From assembly GCA_046484135.1 (NCBI GenBank), contig JAWOBU010000250.1, forward strand, positions 1-15,590: DNA of 15,590 nt, given 5' to 3'. The DNA comes from a bacterium (lineage in GTDB: Bacteria; RBG-13-61-14; DATKZS01). Positions 1-8,138 of the stretch are shown in pieces. Both the position numbers and the translations under genes were made by a program. The notes under the pieces are model-generated. The model did no database searches. It was not told the origin of the DNA and was given only the letters and a program-made list of their open reading frames with translations. Within the stretch, counting starts at the first letter, position 1. Each line of letters begins with the position of its first letter.

Positions 1-1
1 C

Positions 2-1246
2 AAGTACATTTACGAGGCTTACAATCACAACGCCGCCCGCGACATCATGTTGGTGCCGGTCTACATCGGTTACGACCAGATACTGGAGGAAGGCGAGTAC
101 GTGCAAGAGATGTCGGGGGTCAAGAAGGCGGCGTCCAACCTGGGCGGCATTTTAAAGAGCCGCAAGCTCGTAAAGCGTCGCTACGGCAGAATCTACGTTA
201 ACTTCGGCGCACCGTTGAGTACGCGGGAGTTTACCGAGGGCCTGAGCGACGAGGGGCTCGAGGAGAAAGAGCAGCAACAGGTTGTCATTCAGTCGCTGGC
301 CGAGAACCTGATCCAGAGCATCAACCGGAACCAGGTGGTTACTCCCTTCTCTTTGATGGCCGCCGCGCTTTTGACCTCTCCGCACAAGGCCATCTCCTAC
401 TCCGAGCTTTTGAATGCACTCGCGCTTTTCTACCAGTACCTGGACGAGATAGGGGCCCGGTTTGCGGAGACACTCGAGAACTTCAGCCGGGCCACCCAGG
501 ACGTGATAGCCTATTACCAGGAGCGCAATTTGATTGACGTCGAGGAAGGAGAAGAGACGGAAGAGGCCCTTTTCACCCTTCCGGAGGACAACCGTTTCTC
601 CCTGGAGATGTACAAGAACATGATCCTCCATCACTTCCTGCCCATGAGCTTCGTCAGCTTGAGCCTTCTGTCCGCGGACTACGGCGAGTGCATGGAGAAC
701 AAGGTCCGGGAAGACTACACCGTCTTGAAGGACCTTTTAAAGTTCGATTTCGTGTATGACGAGAAAGCGGACGACCACGAGTGGATCGAGAAGTGCATCG
801 AGTTCCTGCAAAAGGGACGGCACTTGGAGGCGTCCTCCATAGACGGCACCAAAAAATACACGGTTACTTCCAAGGGCAGAGAGGAAATGGTCTACTTCGC
901 AGCCATGCTCACCAACTTCCTGGAAGCTTACGGCATCCTCTTAAACGTCCTGCCCAAGCTACAGGAAAAACCGGAGACGGAAAAGGAGTTCCTGGGAAGG
1001 CTCAGAAAGACCGGCCAGCGGCTTTACAAGCAGGGACAGGTCATCCGGCCGGAGGGGCTCTCCCAGCTCATTTACAAGAACGCCCTCCAGTACGCGCGCG
1101 AAAAAGAAATGGTGGTCCCCAAAGAGCAGGACAAGGGCAAGCCGGTCCTTACCATGGACCCGGCCAAGGAGAACTTAAGAAACGAGCTTCTCACCCATAT
1201 CTCCAAGTTCATCCGGGTCGAGAAGTACCATTACCTTCCTTACTGA
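2..1246 (+). CDS. plsB: Glycerol-3-phosphate O-acyltransferase (PlsB/GPAT-like), C-terminal part; 5'-truncated by the window edge
   Basis: The frame is open from position 2 (KYIYEAYNHNAARDIMLVPVYIGYDQILEE). Motifs LVPVYIGYD..LEE..Y..E..G..K, YGRIYVNFGAPLS, IN..QVVTP.SL.A.ALL and L.MYKN.ILH.F match the end of the PlsB acyltransferase domain plus the GPAT C-terminal domain. The catalytic HxxxxD motif would lie upstream of the window. Confidence 0.8.
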   Translation, partial: KYIYEAYNHNAARDIMLVPVYIGYDQILEEGEYVQEMSGVKKAASNLGGILKSRKLVKRRYGRIYVNFGAPLSTREFTEGLSDEGLEEKEQQQVVIQSLAENLIQSINRNQVVTPFSLMAAALLTSPHKAISYSELLNALALFYQYLDEIGARFAETLENFSRATQDVIAYYQERNLIDVEEGEETEEALFTLPEDNRFSLEMYKNMILHHFLPMSFVSLSLLSADYGECMENKVREDYTVLKDLLKFDFVYDEKADDHEWIEKCIEFLQKGRHLEASSIDGTKKYTVTSKGREEMVYFAAMLTNFLEAYGILLNVLPKLQEKPETEKEFLGRLRKTGQRLYKQGQVIRPEGLSQLIYKNALQYAREKEMVVPKEQDKGKPVLTMDPAKENLRNELLTHISKFIRVEKYHYLPY

Positions 1247-1315
1247 ATTTTATCCTGCTTTCGGAAAACTTGGCGCGAGCGACGGAATTCGCGATTTCTG
1301 AAAAGAACATTTTTC

Positions 1316-1344
1316 TTGCCTGGGAGGCGGCAGTGGAATATCAT
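1316..1344 (+). promoter_or_regulatory. Putative sigma70 promoter for the GH31 gene
   Basis: TTGCCT (1316-1321), 17-bp spacer, TATCAT (1339-1344), about 76 nt upstream of the SD-preceded ATG at 1421. Confidence 0.55.
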
Positions 1345-1420
1345 GTTGCTTGATTCTCTTGTCGCTCACATTCAAGCCTCCGCGGCGGCGGCTACTATTG
1401 TTTCAAAGAAGGAGGAGGAG

Positions 1421-3922
1421 ATGTTTAACGCTTCAGGAAAAAGGTTTTTAAGGACGGCGATAATGGCGCTGTGCCTGCTTTTTGCGGGAGCCGCGGCTTT
1501 CACCCTGGTGGAGGCCCGGTCTGTGTCAGATCATGGCCTGGGTTCTTTTGAAAAGACGATATCGAACGAGGGCTTTCTGGAGCTGGTGTTCAGCAGCGGC
1601 AAGATGCGCGTTTCGGAAAGGGGAGGCATGCTGCATATAAAGGCGACCGATGACCGGTTTTCGAGCTTTGAAAGCTTCTCGGTGGTTTCCGGACAGGAGC
1701 CTGAGTCTGCGCCGGAGTTTTCCGAGAAGCCGGAGCACATCGAGGTAGAAACCGGTAAGCTCCGGGCGGTCATAGACAAGAGCGACGGCACCATGGAGGT
1801 CCTGGACCTGGACGGCAACCTGATAGTGTCGGAGCCCGCGGGCGGCGGCGCTTACTTCGAGGGCGACACCGTGGGCTGCACAAAGAGGATGCCGGCGGAC
1901 GAGCATTACTACGGCTTCGGCGAGAAGACGGGTTCCCTGGACAAGCGTGGCGAGCGGATGGTGATGTGGAACAAGGACGCCATGTACAACGACGAGGGCG
2001 ATCCTCTTTACCAGTCCCATCCTTTTTACATGGCGCTGCAAGACGGCCGGGCCTACGGGCTTTTCTTCGACAACACCTTCCGGAGCGTTTTTGACGTGGG
2101 TTTCTCCCGGCCCGGCGCATTAAGCTTCAGCGCCGAGTCGGGCGAGCTGGACTACTGGATCGTTCCGGGACCGACTCCTGCTGACGTGCTCTCGGGATAC
2201 GGCGACCTGGTGGGAACCATGCCGCTTCCGCCTTTGTGGGGCCTCGGCCATCACCAGTGCCGGTGGAGCTACAAGACCGCGGAGCGCGTGCGCGAGATAC
2301 GGGACGGCTACCAAAGGCACGACATTCCGCTGGACGCTGTCTATCTCGACATCCATTACATGCGGGACTACCGGGTGTTCACCTTTGACAAGGAGCGGTT
2401 CCCGGACCCGGAGGGACTCATCGAGGAACTCCGGCAGGACGGGGTGAAGACGGTGGTCATAGTTGATCCCGGCATCAAGATAGACGAAGGATACAAGCCT
2501 TACGAGGAAGGGATCGAGGACGGCTACTTTGTTCTGAACCCGGACGGCGAGCCTTTTACCGCCCGGGTGTGGCCGGGCGCCGTTCACTTTCCCGACTTTT
2601 ATCAAAAGGAGGCCCGCGACTGGTGGGCGGACTGGCACAGCTTCTACACGGACAAAGGGGTGGCCGGCATCTGGAACGACATGAACGAGCCCGCGGGATG
2701 GGCCAAGGACATACCGCTGCTCGGCTACCGGATTCCCATGGGAACGCCCCAGTGGCGGCGGATGCGGCACGGCGGGCCGGACGAGCTTGTTCCCCATGCG
2801 CGCATCCATAACGTGTACGCCAACCTTGAGAACCAGGCCACCTGGGAGGGCCTTATCAAAGAGCGTCCGAACGAACGGCCTTTCATCATCAGCCGCGCCG
2901 GCTTTCCCGGTATCCAGCGGACCTCGCTTATCTGGACGGGCGACAACTTCTCGACCTGGAGCAGCATGCGGGTCTCCGTTCCCATGCAGCTCAACATGGG
3001 GCTGTCGGGTCTTGCTTTCGTGGGCTCGGACGTGGGCGGCTTCGGGGGATGGCCCACCCCCAATTTGTACGCGCGCTGGATCGAGCTGGGGGTGTTTTAC
3101 CCGTTCGACCGCATCCACACCTCGAACAGCATGCCCGACCAGGAGCCGTGGGAGTTCGGCGACAAGGTTACCGATATCTCGCGCAAGATGATAAAGCTCC
3201 GCTATCGGCTTTTGCCTTACACCTACACCGTTTTCGAGGAGTCGCACCGCAAGAACGCGCCGGTCATGCGGGCCATGGTTTACGAGTTCCCCGCGGACGA
3301 GGCTGTCTCCGACATGTCGGACCAGTTCATGTGGGGGAAGTGGCTCCTGGTGGCGCCGGTGCTGGAGGGTCTTGCGCGTTCCAAAGAGGTCTACTTTCCC
3401 GAAGGCGGCTGGTATGACTTTTTTACGGGCAAGAAGTACGAGGGTCCGGCAACGGTGGAGGTTGACGCTCCTCTCGGCAAGCTCCCGCTTTTCGCCCGGG
3501 AAGGAGCGATCATCCCGCTCGCGCCCGAGATGAACCACGTGACCGAGAAGCCGTGGGAGCCGCTCACGGTGCTGGTTTTTCCGGGCGAGGAGGCCTCCAG
3601 CTTTACCCTTTACGAGGACGACAAAGAAAGCATGGATTATAAAGAGGGAGAATGGTCCCGCACCACCTTCGAGTGTCTGCCTTTGGACAACGGCTGGAAG
3701 GTCAGGATCAACGCGCCGGAAGGAACTTTTGATCCGGACCGGAAAAGGATAAAGGTCGTGATTCACGGCGTATCAAGGACCGCGGACACTTATATCGAGA
3801 TCCCTTGCGGGAAAGAGTCCGTGCAACCGGAAGGCAGTTATGACGCTGAAAGAGGGGCGTGGGTCTTCGAGTTGCCCGCGGCAAAGTGCGACGGGCACGC
3901 CATCCGGATCGAGGAGGGTTAG
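1421..3922 (+). CDS. Glycoside hydrolase family 31 (alpha-glucosidase-like) with N-terminal signal peptide
   Basis: GH31 motifs: YYGFGEK, LYQSHPF, PPLWGLGHHQCRWSY, DIHYM, nucleophile GIWNDMNEP, acid/base WTGDN, GSDVGGF, LRYRLLPYTY, DQFMWG..LLVAPV, LYEDD. The start is moved from the ORF-track TTG 1316 to ATG 1421, which follows a strong SD (AAGGAGGAGGAG, 1409-1420) and begins a basic n-region plus hydrophobic h-region (MFNASGKRFLRTAIMALCLLFAGAAAFTLVEA). Confidence 0.93.
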   Translation: MFNASGKRFLRTAIMALCLLFAGAAAFTLVEARSVSDHGLGSFEKTISNEGFLELVFSSGKMRVSERGGMLHIKATDDRFSSFESFSVVSGQEPESAPEFSEKPEHIEVETGKLRAVIDKSDGTMEVLDLDGNLIVSEPAGGGAYFEGDTVGCTKRMPADEHYYGFGEKTGSLDKRGERMVMWNKDAMYNDEGDPLYQSHPFYMALQDGRAYGLFFDNTFRSVFDVGFSRPGALSFSAESGELDYWIVPGPTPADVLSGYGDLVGTMPLPPLWGLGHHQCRWSYKTAERVREIRDGYQRHDIPLDAVYLDIHYMRDYRVFTFDKERFPDPEGLIEELRQDGVKTVVIVDPGIKIDEGYKPYEEGIEDGYFVLNPDGEPFTARVWPGAVHFPDFYQKEARDWWADWHSFYTDKGVAGIWNDMNEPAGWAKDIPLLGYRIPMGTPQWRRMRHGGPDELVPHARIHNVYANLENQATWEGLIKERPNERPFIISRAGFPGIQRTSLIWTGDNFSTWSSMRVSVPMQLNMGLSGLAFVGSDVGGFGGWPTPNLYARWIELGVFYPFDRIHTSNSMPDQEPWEFGDKVTDISRKMIKLRYRLLPYTYTVFEESHRKNAPVMRAMVYEFPADEAVSDMSDQFMWGKWLLVAPVLEGLARSKEVYFPEGGWYDFFTGKKYEGPATVEVDAPLGKLPLFAREGAIIPLAPEMNHVTEKPWEPLTVLVFPGEEASSFTLYEDDKESMDYKEGEWSRTTFECLPLDNGWKVRINAPEGTFDPDRKRIKVVIHGVSRTADTYIEIPCGKESVQPEGSYDAERGAWVFELPAAKCDGHAIRIEEG

Positions 3923-4003
3923 GATATTACTAACCAGTGCTTTGCCAATTGCCGAAGGAGGGGTGCGAGGGACTGATTGTTCTTTATGGAAGTAATGTAA
4001 TCG

Positions 4004-4025
4004 GTGCGAGCGGCTTCAGCCGCGA
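4004..4025 (+). repeat. Single REP-like palindrome between the convergent GH31 and galK genes
   Basis: GTGCGAGCGGCTTCAGCCGCGA, with hairpin GCGGCT-TC-AGCCGC. It resembles GT(A/G)G-type REPs (GTAGGAGCGGCTTYAGCCGCGA). Only one copy is in the window. Confidence 0.45.
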
Positions 4026-4033
4026 AGAGTTCC

Positions 4034-5209
4034 TCAGCGGGCTTTCAGAGGGCCTGCGCCCGGTGAAGGCTCCACGATCCAGGTCTGGAGATTAAGGCCG
4101 GTTTTGGTGTTATAGGGGCCGGACAGCGCCTCTCCAAGCTGTTCGGCCTTTTCTTTTTCGGCCAGGGCCAGCAGACATCCTCCCCAGCCGGCGCCGCAGA
4201 TTCTGACACCCAGCACGCCGTCCTGCCCAGCGGTCAAGTCGTGCAGAACGTCAAGCTCGGGTATGGAGTTCTCGTAATCGTTTTTCGAGCTCTGATACCC
4301 CGCTTCCATGATCTCTCCCAGCTTACGGGCGTCTTTCTCCTCAAGCGCCTGCGCCGCCTCCCGGACGCGGCTGTCCTCGCTTACCACGTGGCGTGCCCGC
4401 CTTGCAAGCACGTCGCCGAGCTCGGAGGATTTCTTTTCTATGAGATCAAGGGAAGCGTCCCGCAGGGTCTTGACCTCGGGGTTCCCGCAGGAGAGGATGG
4501 CCACTGCCTCTCTGCATTCCTTGACCCTCTGCGAGTAGTTGCCTGCGACCAGCTCCCTACCTTTGCCGGAGTCCATGACCACCAGGACAAGGTCTTCCAT
4601 GGCAAAGGACACTTGCCGGTACTGCAGGTTCCGGCAATCCAGCATGAGAGCGGACTCCCGGTCGCCGGTGCATACCGTAAACTGGTCCATGATCCCGCAG
4701 GGCATCCCCATGAAGACGTTCTCCGCCCGCCTGCACAGCACGGACTTCTCCCACACCGGCAGTCCGTGCTCGGTAAGGTCCACCACCGCCTCGCACACCA
4801 CTGCCTCCAGGGCGGCGGAGCTGGACAGGTTCCCTCCCACCGGCACGTTGCCGTGCACTACCAGGTCCAGGCCGGGCACGTCCACGCCCATCTCCATGAG
4901 CTCCTTTATGACCCCCTTGGCATAGTTGGCCCAGCCGTGTTCGGGGTCGAACCGGATGCGGCCGGTGTTTAAGCGCACCTCCAGGTCGGTGTTGAGGCTG
5001 TACAGGTTTATGACACCGTTGTTTCTGAGCCTTGCGCCGGCGATGATGTCGCGGTTCACGGTGGAGGCCAGGATATGGCCCTGGTTGTAATCGGTGTGGG
5101 AGCCCATGATGTCCACCCGGCCGGGCGCGCGGAAGAAGGCGGGCCCGCCGTGGTCGCCGAAGCGGTCTGTCATTTCGCGGCTTATGTTTTCGGTTCTTTG
5201 TTTTAACAT
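4034..5209 (-). CDS. galK: Galactokinase-family GHMP sugar kinase (variant sugar-binding motif)
   Basis: Motifs APGRVDIMGSHTDYNQG, WANYAKGV, VPVGGNLSSSAALE, AEN.FMGMPCGIMDQF, RARHVVSE, YENSIPELD and GVRICGAGWGGC. The start is set at ATG 5209, 1 nt after the sulfotransferase stop and preceded by AAGGAAAG, rather than the ORF-track 5305. Confidence 0.85.
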   Translation of the reverse strand: MLKQRTENISREMTDRFGDHGGPAFFRAPGRVDIMGSHTDYNQGHILASTVNRDIIAGARLRNNGVINLYSLNTDLEVRLNTGRIRFDPEHGWANYAKGVIKELMEMGVDVPGLDLVVHGNVPVGGNLSSSAALEAVVCEAVVDLTEHGLPVWEKSVLCRRAENVFMGMPCGIMDQFTVCTGDRESALMLDCRNLQYRQVSFAMEDLVLVVMDSGKGRELVAGNYSQRVKECREAVAILSCGNPEVKTLRDASLDLIEKKSSELGDVLARRARHVVSEDSRVREAAQALEEKDARKLGEIMEAGYQSSKNDYENSIPELDVLHDLTAGQDGVLGVRICGAGWGGCLLALAEKEKAEQLGEALSGPYNTKTGLNLQTWIVEPSPGAGPLKAR

Positions 5210-5210
5210 G

Positions 5211-6176
5211 TTACTTTCCTTTGCTCTCGCTCCAGTGGGAGAGGTCTCTTCCCAGAAGCTCGCCGAGCTTTTCCACTTCAGGCCGGAACTCTTGACGGAG
5301 CTCATGTTCCAGGTCCGGCTTCAAGGGCGGTCTTTTTGACTTTGTGGTGTTCAGCCTGGTGATCACTTTTTTTATCTTCAGCTTCTCGAAAACCGGCGCG
5401 AGATGCGGGTTTCTGCTTATGGTTGTGATCCAGTCGGGCGGGTTTTTAGTGAGTTTAAACAGGCGCCCGCTTCTGGCCGCCCGGTGCGGGTTCACCACCT
5501 GGAAGGAGGGGACGAACCCTGTGTCCAGTCCCAGGAACTCGAGGGTCTTTCCGTACTCGGCCGCGATGTCGTTTACAAAGTCGTCGTATATTATAACATG
5601 GACCTTTTCGGCTCCCATCGCCTCGAAGTATGGCTTCAGGTAATCGGCGTACTTGACTGCATCTTTGTAAAAGAGTGGAGAGCCGAGCGGAGGGGGGTGG
5701 GGGTTGTTCATACCGGCTTTTCGATCGCTCTCCATTTCCAGCGCTTTTTTAAAGTCGAAGACGGTCTCGTTCCCCATCAGGCACAGCCGGGCGTGGAGGG
5801 AGTAGAGCGTTTCCACCGGGTCGCGTATCATGATGATGACTTTTGCGCGGGGATTCGCTTTAAGGAACTCCCGAGGCGCCCGTTTCGAGTAAACGTACCA
5901 TACCGATGTTTCACAGATGACCTTTTCGCGGTTTGCCTGCCGGAACCTTTCCGCATACAGATTTATGTCGAACCTTTCGGGAAGGTCGGGAAAGACAAGG
6001 TCGGAGCCGAAGTAGTGCATTCCTCTTCTTTCGGGCATGAACACGTCCGGGTGCTCGCTCAGGAACCGGCCCAGTGCGGTGGTGCCGCTTCTGGGAAAGC
6101 CGGCGATAAAGAGATTCGGCACCGGCGCATAGTCCGGCCACTCGATTGTCGGGCTGTGGATTTTTTCAGGCTCCAT
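5211..6176 (-). CDS. PAPS-dependent sulfotransferase
   Basis: 5'-PSB loop PNLFIAGFPRSGTTAL, L..HPDVF, 3'-PB motif KVIIMIRDPVETLYSLH, and YDDF...LEFLGL. The start overlaps the upstream gene by 11 nt. Confidence 0.9.
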   Translation of the reverse strand: MEPEKIHSPTIEWPDYAPVPNLFIAGFPRSGTTALGRFLSEHPDVFMPERRGMHYFGSDLVFPDLPERFDINLYAERFRQANREKVICETSVWYVYSKRAPREFLKANPRAKVIIMIRDPVETLYSLHARLCLMGNETVFDFKKALEMESDRKAGMNNPHPPPLGSPLFYKDAVKYADYLKPYFEAMGAEKVHVIIYDDFVNDIAAEYGKTLEFLGLDTGFVPSFQVVNPHRAARSGRLFKLTKNPPDWITTISRNPHLAPVFEKLKIKKVITRLNTTKSKRPPLKPDLEHELRQEFRPEVEKLGELLGRDLSHWSESKGK

Positions 6177-6624
6177 TTTCCTCGGGGTAGGAAAACGTGA
6201 CCTTGTAGGGAACGCTTTCCAACGGGTCTTGAAAGTGTTGTCCGTTGATTTCGATCCAACTGTGGCCGGTGAGCTTTCCCTGTTCTTTTCTTACTCCCAC
6301 CAGCAGCCGGGCGGGGACGTTATACATGCGCAGGAAGCGATAAAGAAGCAAGGACCTTTTCAAGCACATCTTTCCCAGGTTCGCGGGGTTCTGGCGTAGT
6401 ATCGTTCTTACATAGAAGGCGATATAGCGGGCGGTCTCCATGTCTTCCTCAACTGCGGCCGTTCTTTTGGGGGTGAGCACTCTCATCAGCCTTGGCATGG
6501 AGAAGAACCGGAGCAGGAAGGGGACCATCATGCTCCAGAGTGCAATCCGCAGAAGGAGCATGAGATGGAAGCCGGTCGGCACCCGATTTCTCGCTTTTCG
6601 GATTTTTTCCAAGACAGCCGTCAT
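6166..6624 (-). CDS. Lasso-peptide B2-like cysteine protease (transglutaminase-like core, Transglut_core3 type)
   Basis: 152 aa with the B2 signature CLKRSLLL (catalytic Cys), LLVGVRK and GHSWIE (His; canonical AHAWVE), followed by a candidate Asp in FQDP. ATGA overlap with the upstream lipoprotein stop at 6621-6624. Confidence 0.85.
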   Translation of the reverse strand: MTAVLEKIRKARNRVPTGFHLMLLLRIALWSMMVPFLLRFFSMPRLMRVLTPKRTAAVEEDMETARYIAFYVRTILRQNPANLGKMCLKRSLLLYRFLRMYNVPARLLVGVRKEQGKLTGHSWIEINGQHFQDPLESVPYKVTFSYPEENGA

Positions 6625-8138
6625 AGGTTGTGAGGATAGAACGTCGCAATGATTTTCGGGAAAAGCGCGGGATGCCGGTTCGAGAAGCCGTTCGCCAGGA
6701 AGTTCTTCCTGCCGCTCACGGGCTTGTAGTTTTCCAGCTCGACGTACTGGATGTCCGCCAGCCTTCCGTCCACGAAATGGTCGAAGTAGAGCCTTGATCC
6801 GTCCGGACTGAAGGACGGGTTTTCGGCGTATCCTCCTTCATTGTGGTCCGCCACCTTTACGAGGTCCGGCACCGCCGGCAGGGTCGAGTTCATGATCTCC
6901 AGAAAGTCCACGATGGCCAGTCCGCGAAAGGACAGTTTCCAGGAGCCGGTGTACTTGTACTGATATACTTCCACCGCGGCGTGGCGGGAGTCGGGGGCCC
7001 ACTCCCAGTTTCCCACGAAGAGCTTATAATAGTAGCCGTCCGACTTCTTCCTGTATACGTCTCCCTGCAGGATGGCCACCGGTTGAGAAAGGGTGTCGCC
7101 GCTCTGGGGGCTTACCGGGACATGCATCCAGGTGCGGGTCTGCACAGTGGGGTCCGTTCCCCAACAGGCGAACACGAAGTGCTCCCCGTCCGGTGACCAC
7201 CTTCCGTGGAAGGCGTTGCCGTTGTAATAGTCCTGGCCGCTTATAAAGGTCCGGACGGTTTCGGCCACGGTGTCGTAGATGCAGATGTCGAAGTCCTGTC
7301 CGCAATCCCATTCGCAGTCGAAAGTCAACAGTTTTCCGCCCGGATGGAACCTGGGCTTGGTGGCGTAGTAGATGCCTTCGGAGACGTGCCTGAGGCTTCC
7401 CCCGTCCGGGTGGGACATGTAGAGCTGCTCGCGGAGGTCATTAGAGCCGTTACACTTGACATACTCCTTTCGCACGTAGGAGAGCCACTCGCCTCCGGCG
7501 GACCAGGCGGGATACCCGTGCCATCCGTCGTGTCCGTACCTGGAGAGCCGGTACTTATCGGTTTTATCAAGGTTCATGCTCATGACGTCTTTAAGCCACA
7601 TGTCGGCGGGATCGCGCCGGTCGGTGGTGTAGGCGATCCTTTCCATGATCCGGTAAAAGTTCAGCTTCAGTTCGTAGCTGTCCCCCTGCCGGTTGAAATC
7701 CAGTCCCGTGATCCGGCACTGGCCGGCTTGCAGAGGACCGATAACGAAAACGTTCCCGCCCCTTTTGTTCACGCTGTCCGGCACCGTGGAAAGTTGCGCT
7801 TCTCCGTTCACCTTGACGTTCATCCAGAGCCTGTCAATGTCGCTTTTTGACTCGGAGCAGAGCTTGAAGCTCAGGGACTCTCCGTCCGGCGTAACCATGA
7901 TGTCCCGGAAATACACGCTGTGGTTGGCGTGATAGGCGTTGACACCCGGATAATCGGCCTCCCAACCCGCGCCCACTTCGCCTCCCCGTAGCGAGGCTGC
8001 ATACCCGCTTCCGGACGGGTGTACCGAGATGGTGTAAGCCGTTTCTCCGTCCTTGTCCCCGGACTCAGAGCCGCAGGAGAAGAGGGCAAAGAAAACGACC
8101 GGCAAAAACGTCCACGCTGCAATTCTGGAAATTTTCAT
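6621..8138 (-). CDS. Lipoprotein with an N-terminal beta-rich domain and a TolB-like (PD40/WD40-like) beta-propeller
   Basis: Signal peptide and lipobox MKISRIAAWTFLPVVFFALFS-C22. Repeated blades PAWSAGGEWLSY, PRFHPGGKLLTF, GRWSPDGEHFVF, WEWAPDSRHAA and NPSFSPDGSRLYF. GGAGG SD, and ATGA overlap with the radical SAM stop (8135-8138). Confidence 0.8.
   Translation of the reverse strand: MKISRIAAWTFLPVVFFALFSCGSESGDKDGETAYTISVHPSGSGYAASLRGGEVGAGWEADYPGVNAYHANHSVYFRDIMVTPDGESLSFKLCSESKSDIDRLWMNVKVNGEAQLSTVPDSVNKRGGNVFVIGPLQAGQCRITGLDFNRQGDSYELKLNFYRIMERIAYTTDRRDPADMWLKDVMSMNLDKTDKYRLSRYGHDGWHGYPAWSAGGEWLSYVRKEYVKCNGSNDLREQLYMSHPDGGSLRHVSEGIYYATKPRFHPGGKLLTFDCEWDCGQDFDICIYDTVAETVRTFISGQDYYNGNAFHGRWSPDGEHFVFACWGTDPTVQTRTWMHVPVSPQSGDTLSQPVAILQGDVYRKKSDGYYYKLFVGNWEWAPDSRHAAVEVYQYKYTGSWKLSFRGLAIVDFLEIMNSTLPAVPDLVKVADHNEGGYAENPSFSPDGSRLYFDHFVDGRLADIQYVELENYKPVSGRKNFLANGFSNRHPALFPKIIATFYPHNL

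Noticed and set aside
1433..1453. Tat signal in the GH31 N-terminus (SGKRFLR)
   Set aside because: There is no twin arginine and the spacing does not fit S/T-R-R-x-F-L-K.
2120..3766. 548-aa antisense ORF
   Set aside because: It is a shadow of the GC3-biased GH31 gene and has no recognisable motifs.
1421..3922. GH31 as a sulfoquinovosidase, suggested by the nearby sulfotransferase
   Set aside because: The nucleophile motif is WNDMNEP, not the WMADFGE type of YihQ sulfoquinovosidases.
3963..3995. 10-codon ORF GTG...TAA (MRGTDCSLWK) after AAGGAGG
   Set aside because: The SD-to-start spacing is about 1 nt, the ORF is too short, and it is on the opposite strand to the operon.
6621..8138. Lipoprotein as a lasso isopeptidase/S9 peptidase or as true TolB
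   Set aside because: There is no C-terminal alpha/beta-hydrolase domain with a GxSxG nucleophile, and no tolQRA/pal context.
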